Shown here piece after piece: positions 8,491 through 16,551 of a stretch of 32,000 bases of DNA; positions within the stretch are counted from its first letter, which is position 1; each line of letters begins with the position of its first letter. The DNA is taken from assembly GCF_037902255.1 (NCBI RefSeq), contig NZ_CP147990.1:450001-482000 (forward strand). The letters are read 5' to 3'. The notes under the pieces are model-generated. The model worked only from the letters and a program-made list of their open reading frames with translations. It did not search any database and was not told the origin of the DNA. Made by a program: the position numbers and the translations under genes. This DNA comes from Candidatus Electrothrix sp. GW3-4. GTDB taxonomy: Bacteria; Desulfobacterota; Desulfobulbia; Desulfobulbales; Desulfobulbaceae.

Positions 8491-10173
8491 TAGGGTCCCA
8501 GCGACATCATGTGTTATTGCTCCTTGACGGGGTGCGCTTAAACCTTAACTCAAACGGCAGAGCCTTAACCCATTTTATCCCTCTCGGCATTATCAAGCGT
8601 ATTGAGATCATCAAAGGCGCGGCCTCTTCCAGCTGGGGCTCTGCCCTTGGTGGCGTGATCAATATTATCACCAAGGATGTCGGGAAGTCCAAGCGCCCCA
8701 CCGGTAATGTCCATGTCAGTTATGGCAAGAGGAACAGCCGTGATGTTGCAGCCGATGTGGCTGGCAAGGTGAAGGCCTTGGGCTATTATTTCCATGGCGG
8801 CAATATTGATTCGGAGGGGCTACGCCTTGACCGCTATGCTGAAAGAGATTCCGTTTACTGCAAAATGCAGCTTGAATTGCCCCACACCTCGCGCCTGACA
8901 GCTACCGCTGGCTCCAGTGATCCCTTTTATAAAAACCTTGACTGGCAGGATGCCTGGGGAATTACCGATCTCAATCTCTATACAGATGTTGAAAATCGAA
9001 ATTTCTGGGGCACCCTCTATTTTGATACCGAAATAACACAAGAGGTCACTCTCCATCTCTCTGGGCAGTATTTTGACAATTCCTATGCTGCCAACAGGCA
9101 TTCCTTGGGGACGGGGCTGGGTGGCTCCCAGGGTGAGCTGATCTTTGGGGAGAAATGGGACGATGAGGTTAGCTCTTTTATCGGTCGACTCACCTGGACA
9201 AGAGAATCTGTTATTGCTAATCTCGGTTTTGAGGCAAGCCGTAGCGAAATGCAATATGTAAGTCGATCAGGGGGCTTCTTTGATGGGCCATCATTCACAG
9301 AAGATGAGCCGGTCACAGAGGACCGGCACGGCGTATATGCTAATCTCACCTACGTCAAAGGTGATTTTTCCATTACCCCTGGCTTGCGTTATGACGACCA
9401 CTCCAATTCAGAGGAGACGGTCAATCCCTCTCTGGGCCTCACCTATCTGCTTACCCACGACACCCTTATTAAAGGTGCTATTGCTAAGGGGTTTTCAGCC
9501 CCTTATTTATCCTCCTCTTCCACTTCTCCAGCTCTTGAACCGGAAAATACCTGGACATACCAGGCTGGCATTGAAACAGGACGTATTATTCCCTCTCTTC
9601 ATCTCAAGGGGACCTTGTTTTATCACGATATTCAAGATGCATGGGATTACAATATGGTTCCCTGGGCCAATACCGGCACCATTCACCTTAATGGTTTTGA
9701 GATTGAGGCAAAAACTGCTGATTACCATGGTCTGAGCCTGACCGGCAATTTCACCTACGTTAAAGAAAAAAGTAAGGCGACGAGTACCACCTGGGAAGAT
9801 GATGAGACCTCTATCGCTAATCTTATTTTTTCTTACCGTAACACGACATATGGTCTACGCACAGAAATGGCTGGTCATTATTACAGGATGACTGATTATG
9901 TAATCAATGAAAAGCCCGAACATAGTACTGTTCTCTGGGATCTTCTCATTGCAAAAGACCTTGATATCTTATCCCCCGGTGGCGAAATTTACCTCAAAGG
10001 GCGTAATGTATTTAACGGCGATCAATATTTTGATATTGACTACTCCAACCCGCAGCAATGGATAGAGGCTGGGCTGACTTTCAAATTTTAGATTGACGTC
10101 TTCTTTACTCATCTGTTAGATTAAGCTATTGTACTCATTATGTTGCTCAACTTTACTAGCTTGGAGGTTCAAA

Positions 10174-10272
10174 ATGAAGAAAAAAATGGTCGTTCTCAGG
10201 AAAGGAAAAAATGTTAAAGCTGTAGCTACGGATGGCACTTGTTGTAAAAGCTCACCCTCAGCTGACAAATAA
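10174..10272 (+). CDS. small peptide, candidate RiPP precursor (MKKKMVVLRKGKNVKAVATDGTCCKSSPSADK, 32 aa), not in the ORF track
   Basis: Hand translation. GGAGG at 10163-10167 lies 6 nt before the ATG. Lys-rich N-terminal half, then a Cys-Cys/Ser/Asp C-terminal half. Followed by a terminator hairpin and then a radical SAM/SPASM gene. Confidence 0.5.
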   Translation: MKKKMVVLRKGKNVKAVATDGTCCKSSPSADK

Positions 10273-10297
10273 CAGGTTAACCTGTTGGCTTTTACTG

Positions 10298-10328
10298 AGG
10301 AGAGCTGCGGCTCTCCTTTTTTTGTTTT
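10298..10328 (+). terminator. intrinsic terminator or attenuator between the peptide ORF and the rSAM gene
   Basis: aGGAGAGC-tgcg-GCTCTCCt stem (7-8 bp, GC-rich, 4-nt loop) followed by TTTTTTTGTTTT. Confidence 0.7.
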
Positions 10329-10344
10329 CCTTCTGGAGAGTTAG

Positions 10345-11655
10345 ATGCTGTTCACCCCCTACCTCACCGTCCACCGCCATCATTCCATCCCGGGACAGGT
10401 CCTGCTTTTTTCCACCAAGACCGGGGCCCTTGTCCTGCTACCGGAAGAGGATTTTACCGCCCTGCACAACGGGGAGACGGAAAATGAGTATATTGAGCCT
10501 CTCAGCGAAATGGGGTTTCTTGTCCAAGACCTGGAGGCGGAACACCGGGAAGTTGCCCGATATATGGAGGACATTAACCGCCATAACCCCAATCTGACCC
10601 TGGCAATTATCTTGGGAATGGAGTGTAACTTCGCTTGCAAGTACTGTTTTGAAGGGAAACAGAAGGGGAAGAAGGTGATGGATGACCGGACAGCGGATCA
10701 GCTCATCTCCTTTATCAAAGGGCAGTTCCGGCCGGGTAAGAAAAAGCTCATCTTACAGATCTACGGCGGCGAACCCCTCCTCTATACCAAGAGGATTATC
10801 TACCTGGCTGAGCGTTTGAAGCCCTTTATTGAGGAAAAGGGCGCAGAATTTACCTTTACTCTGATCTCCAATGGTTCCCTGCTCAGCGAAAAGGTGGTGG
10901 AGGAGTTGAATGAATGGGGCCTGGACGGTGTCAAGGTAACCATTGACGGACCACCTGAGAACCATAATCAGTTCCGGCCCTTCAAGTCTGGCGCTGGCAG
11001 TTTTGCTGTTATTGCAGGTAACCTGAAAAAGGTCTGCACCAAGACCAAAATTCGCCTGGGTGGTAACTATACCAGTGCAACATACCGGAATTTTGCCACT
11101 GTCCTCGACCTGCTTGCCCAGCAAGGCATAAGCCCGGACAAGATTGACCGGGTCAGCTTTAATATCGTCATGCAGGTCCAGGATAAAATTACCAGCAATG
11201 AATTTGTAGGAGGGTGCGCCACCATCAACGAACCCTGGCTGCGCGATGCTGCTCTCCATGTGCGGAAAGAGGTGTTACAAAGGGGGTATCCCATCGGAGA
11301 ACTTGGCCCGGAACCCTGTGCCGTTGAGATGGATGCCGCCTTTACTGTGCATTACGACGGCAGCCTTTATAAATGCGTGTGCTGGGTAGGGCATGAACAG
11401 TATAAAATCGGCGATATCTGGCAGGGTGTCACTGAAGACTACCAGGAGTCCCACCATCTCTTGCACTGGCAACGGGAAGAGAAATGCCAGAAATGCAAAT
11501 ACCTGCCCCTCTGCTTCGGCGGTTGTCGTTATATGGCCTATCAGCGCGACGGGCATATGGGGCAGGTGGATTGTCGGAAGCCCTTTCTTGATGCGACCCT
11601 GGAAAGTATGCTCTTGCAGGACCTCCAGTATCTGCACGGGCAGATAAGTGACTGA
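10345..11655 (+). CDS. radical SAM/SPASM peptide-maturase-like enzyme with an N-terminal RRE-like extension
   Basis: CNFACKYC (Cx3Cx2C) at about residues 94-101. About 90 aa precede it (LLFSTKTGALVLLPEEDFTALHNGE...), resembling the leader-recognition domain of peptide rSAMs. C-terminal SPASM cysteines (YKCVCW..., CQKCKYLPLCFGGCRYMAY, VDCRKPF). GGAGAG RBS before the ATG. Confidence 0.85.
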   Translation: MLFTPYLTVHRHHSIPGQVLLFSTKTGALVLLPEEDFTALHNGETENEYIEPLSEMGFLVQDLEAEHREVARYMEDINRHNPNLTLAIILGMECNFACKYCFEGKQKGKKVMDDRTADQLISFIKGQFRPGKKKLILQIYGGEPLLYTKRIIYLAERLKPFIEEKGAEFTFTLISNGSLLSEKVVEELNEWGLDGVKVTIDGPPENHNQFRPFKSGAGSFAVIAGNLKKVCTKTKIRLGGNYTSATYRNFATVLDLLAQQGISPDKIDRVSFNIVMQVQDKITSNEFVGGCATINEPWLRDAALHVRKEVLQRGYPIGELGPEPCAVEMDAAFTVHYDGSLYKCVCWVGHEQYKIGDIWQGVTEDYQESHHLLHWQREEKCQKCKYLPLCFGGCRYMAYQRDGHMGQVDCRKPFLDATLESMLLQDLQYLHGQISD

Positions 11656-11752
11656 ACGCCGAACGCATCCTTCTTGCAAAGCGGCATTGAATCCTTCCAC
11701 GACCTCGTCCGGGCGTTCGGTGGAAGGAGTTTGGTGCTGCTGAAGGGTGGTT

Positions 11753-11986
11753 TCACACCGTATGAACAGTGGATATCACTGCCGTGGCAATAAGCCCCCC
11801 TGCAACAAAGATTGCGCTGCCGATAAAGACAGCCGCCGCCGCTGCAACATAGCGGGGGCCAGCCGTCATCATATAGCGTATGCTGAGCAACATCCCTGAG
11901 GCCCCGATCCCCACCACGGTCACCGAGATAACCAGAATGATCTTTTGAAGAGCACTCAGATGGTCAAGGGTTTCATGTTTGGACAT
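11753..11986 (-). CDS. small two-TM membrane protein, hypothetical
   Basis: 77 aa with two hydrophobic helices. AGAGGGA Shine-Dalgarno 6 nt upstream. 39 nt downstream of the HIT gene on the same strand. Confidence 0.55.
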   Translation of the reverse strand: MSKHETLDHLSALQKIILVISVTVVGIGASGMLLSIRYMMTAGPRYVAAAAAVFIGSAIFVAGGLIATAVISTVHTV

Positions 11987-12025
11987 TTGTAATCCCTCTT
12001 TTTCTTCCAGATCGAGATACGTCTT

Positions 12026-12367
12026 TCAACCCGGAGGCCAGGTCAGGCTGCGCCCACCCAGGACATGCATGTGGATATGGAAAACCGTCTGTCCGGCATC
12101 TGTTCCGTTATTCAGGACCAGGCGAAACTGTTCAATGCCTTCTTTTTTTGCGACCTGATTGCCGATTCGTATCAACTTGCCCATGAGCTGTTCGTCCTCT
12201 TCGTTCACCGCAGCAGGACCGCTGATATGTTTTTTCGGGATGACAAGAAAATGGACAGGCGCTGTAGGGGCGATGTCCCGAAAGGCTAACACCTCATCAT
12301 CCTCATAGAGTTTGTCTGAAGGGATATCACCCTTAATAATCTTGCAGAAAAGACAATCTTCAGCCAT
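12026..12367 (-). CDS. HIT-family (histidine triad) nucleotide hydrolase, HinT-like
   Basis: CLFCKII..G.IP start and the histidine triad HIHMHVLGG; 113 aa is typical. Confidence 0.9.
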   Translation of the reverse strand: MAEDCLFCKIIKGDIPSDKLYEDDEVLAFRDIAPTAPVHFLVIPKKHISGPAAVNEEDEQLMGKLIRIGNQVAKKEGIEQFRLVLNNGTDAGQTVFHIHMHVLGGRSLTWPPG

Positions 12368-12442
12368 AGCTTGCTCCTTTTTTGAAAACGTATGGTTATC
12401 CTTGGAGGGGTAGTGTATGGGCGAGCTTTGTGAGCGCCCGTA

Positions 12443-13111
12443 TTACCTTATTTTTTTCCCTGTCTTTGTCGAGCCGATTTTACCGGTATGGGGACGGAAT
12501 TGGAGTTCCAGCGAGTCCCCACGCAACCGGATATCCACCGGCTCCAGTTGGACAAAGATTGGGGTGACACCCAGTTTTCCTGCCAGCGGATCCAGTTTAT
12601 CCAGAGGCAGGGCATATTCCCTGCTCAGACCATCCAGCAGGGGGGCCAACGAGGCCGCCGCAGGGTCCTGTTGCCGGGCTTGCTTATAAAAGGTTGGTCT
12701 GAGAAAAAGGGTTTTTCGCTCTCGATCATAACGGAGCGCGATGTCGCAACTGACCGGCAGGACCATCTCTCCCAGCTTGATCTGGATAGTCTGGCCTCCG
12801 ACCTGGGCATTGACGGCCATATTTCTGCCGCTGAGCTGTCCCTGGACAGCAATGACATTTTGTTGTACCGCAAGCCGGGTAATGGAGTCCACGACAAAAC
12901 TTCCTCGGAAGTTGCTGTTTCTCTTCTGCTGTTCAATGGGAAGAGGGAGGAGGCTCGTCAGGGCCTGATGCAGGGTAGGAAGGGGCAGGTTCAGGACGAT
13001 CGGTGGGCTCTGTACGGCCTGGGTCGGTGTTGTAAGCAGGCTGAAGGCGCAGAGAACGAGCAGGAATATGTATTGATGGCGGTAAGGAGAAAAAGGCATG
13101 TGCTCAATCAA
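12443..13111 (-). CDS. hypothetical secreted/periplasmic protein
   Basis: Signal-peptide-like N-terminus (YIFLLVLCAFSLLTTPTQAVQ) and globular composition. Preferred over the fully overlapping plus-strand ORF 12488-13126, which is Arg/Gln-rich and has no features. Confidence 0.5.
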   Translation of the reverse strand: MIEHMPFSPYRHQYIFLLVLCAFSLLTTPTQAVQSPPIVLNLPLPTLHQALTSLLPLPIEQQKRNSNFRGSFVVDSITRLAVQQNVIAVQGQLSGRNMAVNAQVGGQTIQIKLGEMVLPVSCDIALRYDRERKTLFLRPTFYKQARQQDPAAASLAPLLDGLSREYALPLDKLDPLAGKLGVTPIFVQLEPVDIRLRGDSLELQFRPHTGKIGSTKTGKKIR

Positions 13112-13510
13112 AAAAACTGTTTATAGGGGCTGATAATATCGGGAGATCTCTTTATCAGTCTTGTTCCGTTGTTTCGCCTATCCTACTACGTTTTTTCCAG
13201 AGTGCAACAGGCCAGACCGTTTCGAGGAGAAATATCCCGATATTGGAAGCAAGCTCACAAAAGCGCTGATGGTCGTGGTCGTTCTTGACAAGGTGCTGGT
13301 TGTCAAGAAATTGACCTGGCAGGGAAAGGATGCTATTTTGAACGGTGAGCCTGCTGCGTTGCATCGGAAGAAAGTTGTGCAGCCGCCGCTGCAGGCTTTT
13401 CGCTCGTCCGATGCCTCTTGTAAAAGCGTGGGGCACCGGGAAGGGCAACAGACAGAAAACAGAATCCGCTTGTAACAGCGAGGAGCCAACAACGGGCAAA
13501 GGGGAGCAGC

Positions 13511-14881
13511 ATGGCAGCAGCGCAGGTGGGTGTGAAATTAACCGTGACGTCGGAGTGTTTTCTCAGCGGGGCGCCAGAGGAACTCCAGGCCGCTATCCAG
13601 GAGCAGCTGACCGTGGATAATCCCAAATATTTGGCTGCCCAGCGTTATTCCCGTTGGCTGGACAAGCAGATCAAGCCAAAGCTCCATTTCTATCGCCTGG
13701 AAGGGGGGAGTCTGGTCTTTCCCCGGGGCTTTGGCAATCGGGCAGTACTTCTCTGTCGCCGTCTGTTGGGGGAAGATCCGGTGCTCATCGATCAACGGCG
13801 GAAGGTGGCGCCCATTAACTCTGATTTCCTTGGGGAGCTGCGTCCCTATCAGCAAGAGGCGGTCCAGGCCCTGACTCAGCACGCCTTTGGGGTGTTAGAG
13901 GCCGGGACCGGTTCCGGCAAGACGGTCATGGCCCTCAAGATGATTGCTGAGCGCAGGCAACCCACTATCATTCTCGTTCATTCCCGCGAGCTCCTGGAAC
14001 AGTGGATAGAGCGGATCGCGCTTTTTCTCAACATCAGGGCCGGGCAGGCTGGTGGCGGGCGTTATGAGCCCCGACCCGTGACCGTGGCCATTGTCAATAC
14101 GGCCCGGAATCGTCTGGACGATCTGGTCCCGCGCTTTGGTCATCTCATTGTTGACGAATGCCATCGGGTGCCAGCCAGCCTCTTTACCGAGGTAGTGAGC
14201 GGCTTTGATTCCTTTTACATGCTGGGCCTGTCTGCTACGGCCTTTCGTCGGGAAATCGGGATGACCAGGCTTATCTATAGCTATATGGGCGATCGGGTCC
14301 ACAGGGTGGATCCGGGAGTACTGGCAGAGACAGGCGCTGTTGTTCGGCCTGATCTTGTCCAGCAGGAGACTGCTTTTTTTACCCCCTATACCGGGGAATA
14401 TCCCAAGCTGATCAAGGCCCTGACCAGGGACCGGGCCCGCAATCAACAGATCATCAGCGATGTGGTGGAGAGGATTCGCCAAGGGGACGAGGGCACAGTG
14501 CTGTTGGTCTCAGACCGGGTGGCCCATTGTCAGGAACTGCTGAATGGTCTGCAAGAGGAGAGCATTATCGCGGAAATGCTCACCGGAAGTATTTCACTGA
14601 CTGCCCGGGCAGAAATTGTGCAACGGGTGCATAAGGGCAAGGTCCAGGTACTTTTGTCCACCTTACAGCTGATCAGTGAGGGGTTTGACTGCCCTGGCCT
14701 CTCCACCTTGGTGCTAACCACGCCGATTCGCTTTGAGGGTCGGCTTCTCCAGGTGGTGGGGCGGATCATGCGGCCAGCTGAGGGCAAGAAGGCCCTGGTC
14801 ATTGATTATGTAGATACCCGGATCGGGGTCCTGCACCGCTCCGGCCTGGCCCGGGCCGAGATGTTTGCGCGCTGGCAGTAG
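13511..14881 (+). CDS. superfamily-2 DEAD/DEAH-box helicase (ResIII/XPB-like core) with a roughly 110-aa N-terminal domain
   Basis: Q-like motif LRPYQQEAV, Walker A EAGTGSGKT, Walker B VDECHRV, motif III LGLSATAFRR, C-terminal helicase lobe (LLSTLQLISEGFDCPGL, GRIMRP). AAAGGGGAG RBS. Confidence 0.85.
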   Translation: MAAAQVGVKLTVTSECFLSGAPEELQAAIQEQLTVDNPKYLAAQRYSRWLDKQIKPKLHFYRLEGGSLVFPRGFGNRAVLLCRRLLGEDPVLIDQRRKVAPINSDFLGELRPYQQEAVQALTQHAFGVLEAGTGSGKTVMALKMIAERRQPTIILVHSRELLEQWIERIALFLNIRAGQAGGGRYEPRPVTVAIVNTARNRLDDLVPRFGHLIVDECHRVPASLFTEVVSGFDSFYMLGLSATAFRREIGMTRLIYSYMGDRVHRVDPGVLAETGAVVRPDLVQQETAFFTPYTGEYPKLIKALTRDRARNQQIISDVVERIRQGDEGTVLLVSDRVAHCQELLNGLQEESIIAEMLTGSISLTARAEIVQRVHKGKVQVLLSTLQLISEGFDCPGLSTLVLTTPIRFEGRLLQVVGRIMRPAEGKKALVIDYVDTRIGVLHRSGLARAEMFARWQ

Positions 14882-14905
14882 GTGCTGTGATTCCTGGATA
14901 GGGTT

Positions 14906-15946
14906 ATGATTTTTCAATGGCATATTACAAACCGGTGTAATCTTCGCTGCCTGCATTGCTACCAGCAGACCTATGAGGATACCAGCGAGTTTTCGCTGAC
15001 AGATATCGAGCAGGTTCTGGAGCAGATTGATCAATTCAGTACCAAGCACCCGGAGCGGGGGCGTATTCATCTCACCCTAACCGGTGGCGAGCCCTTGTTG
15101 TTTCCCCATCTTGAAGCCCTGATAAAAAAGGTGCATGAGCGAAAAACGATCCGAACTTATAGCCTGCTCACTAACGGGCATTATGTGGATGCCGCACGTG
15201 TTCAATTCCTGAAAAAGTATCCCCCTGCCTATGTACAAATCAGTTTAGATGGCACCCAGGAAAAGCATGAGATAATACGAGGGAAAGGGAGTTTTGTAAA
15301 GGCTGTCCAGGGGGTTCGCCAGCTGGTCGCAGCACGTATCAGAACGACTGTATCTTTCACCGCTACAAAGAAAAATTATAAGGATATATTAAGATTATCC
15401 TTTTTCTGTAATCGGCTGAATATCAATCATCTTTGGACCGATCGGGTGATACCGAGTCCGGGAGACGCGGAGGGGCTCTCCCTTGGACCTGATGAGGTCA
15501 GAAAATATATCTGGCTGTTGCGGCTGGCCGTTTTCATCAACCTGCATCATCCCTTTACCCACAATCGGATTTCTTTTGCCAGGGGCTTGCAGTTCCTCTC
15601 CTTTCCCCTCCAAAAGCCGTACCGGTGTGCTGCCGGAAGAACCCTGCTTGCTCTCATGCCCAATGGTGATCTTTATCCTTGCAGAAGGATGGAACATCTG
15701 GTGGGGAATTTTTTTGAACGTAGTATTTCGAAAATATACGAGACAAATGAATTGCTCAACCGCCTTCAGGACAATGCTCTTCCTGTCTGGGGATGCGAAA
15801 AATGCAGGCATGCGTGGTCCTGTCATGGCGGGCTGAAATGCCTTGCAAGGGCAAAGAATGGTGATCCCTTTACCCGGGATCCAGGTTGCTATGTTCGTTC
15901 AGAAAAAGTGAAAGGGGCAGTGGATGCGGTCGTAGAGAAGGTATGA
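14906..15946 (+). CDS. radical SAM/SPASM-domain enzyme with the cluster motif at the extreme N-terminus (no RRE domain)
   Basis: NRCNLRCLHCY at residues 9-19. GGEPLL SAM-binding motif. C-terminal SPASM pattern (YRCAAGRTLLALMPNGDLYPCRRM ... CEKCRHAWSCHGGLKCLA ... DPGCY). Starts 24 nt after the helicase stop. Confidence 0.85.
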   Translation: MIFQWHITNRCNLRCLHCYQQTYEDTSEFSLTDIEQVLEQIDQFSTKHPERGRIHLTLTGGEPLLFPHLEALIKKVHERKTIRTYSLLTNGHYVDAARVQFLKKYPPAYVQISLDGTQEKHEIIRGKGSFVKAVQGVRQLVAARIRTTVSFTATKKNYKDILRLSFFCNRLNINHLWTDRVIPSPGDAEGLSLGPDEVRKYIWLLRLAVFINLHHPFTHNRISFARGLQFLSFPLQKPYRCAAGRTLLALMPNGDLYPCRRMEHLVGNFFERSISKIYETNELLNRLQDNALPVWGCEKCRHAWSCHGGLKCLARAKNGDPFTRDPGCYVRSEKVKGAVDAVVEKV

Positions 15947-16047
15947 GTGGCGTCGGAGGAGGTTGTGGAGGAAGCTGAAATTTTTTTATCAGGTTTACCT
16001 CCCTGCTCCGGCGAAAAATGATCATAGGTTTACGCAGGTAAGCTGTT

Positions 16048-16479
16048 ATGGATGATTCGGTGAGGTGGGAAATCGCAAGAGGTGTGTTGCTCTTTTTCTT
16101 CTGTGAGATCGTGGTGGTGCAACTTTCGTATTTCATGACACCTGGCGTAAAAGGCCCAGCTTTTTTGCTGTATTATTTTTTTCTTTGGTTTGTGGTATTG
16201 GCTGTCGGAAAGCTGATCGGATCGAAAATGATGGCGCCTAGTATGCTCTATTGTTCCGCTGGGCTTGCTCGTATAATTGAAGGACTGGAGCACGGTATGT
16301 CGAACTTCCTCCTTTTGGTGCTTATGATGATCGGCGGCACAGTTGTATATATCGCTCTTACTGCTGATTCATTTACCTCTGGCGGTGGCTACGGAGGAGG
16401 CTGTGGCTGTGGGGGAGGAAGCGGTTGTGGCGGTGGAGGCGGATGCGGCGGCGGATGTGGGGGCTGTGGAGGGGATTGA
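16048..16479 (+). CDS. polytopic membrane protein with a C-terminal Gly/Cys repeat tail
   Basis: Three hydrophobic helices, then the tail SGGGYGGGCGCGGGSGCGGGGGCGGGCGGCGGD (7 Cys, about 23 Gly in the last 33 aa). From memory it resembles proteins NCBI labels 'TIGR04222 domain-containing membrane protein'; not verified. Confidence 0.65.
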   Translation: MDDSVRWEIARGVLLFFFCEIVVVQLSYFMTPGVKGPAFLLYYFFLWFVVLAVGKLIGSKMMAPSMLYCSAGLARIIEGLEHGMSNFLLLVLMMIGGTVVYIALTADSFTSGGGYGGGCGCGGGSGCGGGGGCGGGCGGCGGD

Positions 16480-16510
16480 GGTTGTTACCCCATTTTAAGC
16501 ATGGCCCAAT

Positions 16511-16543
16511 GAACGGATAATAAACGGATAATAAACGGATAAT
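16511..16543. repeat. three tandem 11-bp direct repeats (G/A)AACGGATAAT upstream of the CDF transporter
   Basis: gaacggataat aaacggataat aaacggataat read directly. They end 8 nt before the ATG at 16552. The period is about one helical turn. Confidence 0.8.
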
Positions 16544-16551
16544 ATGAATTC

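Larger units (their letters stand above)
6947..10091 (+). pseudogene. TonB-dependent outer-membrane receptor, interrupted by an IS630-family insertion (fragments 6947-7261 and 8491-10091)
   Basis: N-fragment has a signal peptide and plug start (ETATRSPKPISQVAENVTIVTAEDIEAMHAHTLAEVLNRQAGV). C-fragment continues the plug (VLLLLDGVRLN..., IKRIEIIKGAASSSWGSALGGVINIITK) and a barrel ending in a terminal Phe (LTFKF). Removing nt 7262-8492 (IS plus one TA) restores one frame reading ...DAAVRLLGSQRHHVLLLLDGVRLN. Confidence 0.85.

Noticed and set aside
11693-11727. Stem-loop CCTTCCAC-n19-GTGGAAGG between the convergent rSAM and small-membrane-protein genes, considered as a terminator
   Set aside because: It has an 8-bp stem, but the loop is 19 nt and there is no U-tract on either strand. 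That is too weak to call a terminator.
12488-13126. 212-aa plus-strand ORF overlapping the 12443-13111 minus-strand ORF
   Set aside because: It is Arg/Gln/Gly-rich with no signal or motif, whereas the minus-strand product has a plausible signal peptide and globular composition. Only one can be real, and confidence in either is moderate.
13155-13499. Several mutually overlapping 90-115-aa ORFs on both strands in the 400-bp gap upstream of the helicase
   Set aside because: None has an RBS, a motif or a convincing composition, and they overlap each other in different frames. The region is treated as non-coding leader or promoter; it contains a CTTGACA-n10-TGTCAAG dyad at 13284-13307.
14906-15946. 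Viperin-like (pVip) antiviral radical SAM
   Set aside because: The protein has a C-terminal multi-Cys SPASM-type region, which viperins lack. No nucleotide kinase partner is present. Family placement still needs a profile search.
16511-16543. Possible CRISPR or minisatellite
   Set aside because: There are only three contiguous 11-bp units with no spacers, and no cas genes lie in the window. It is a short tandem repeat, not a CRISPR array.
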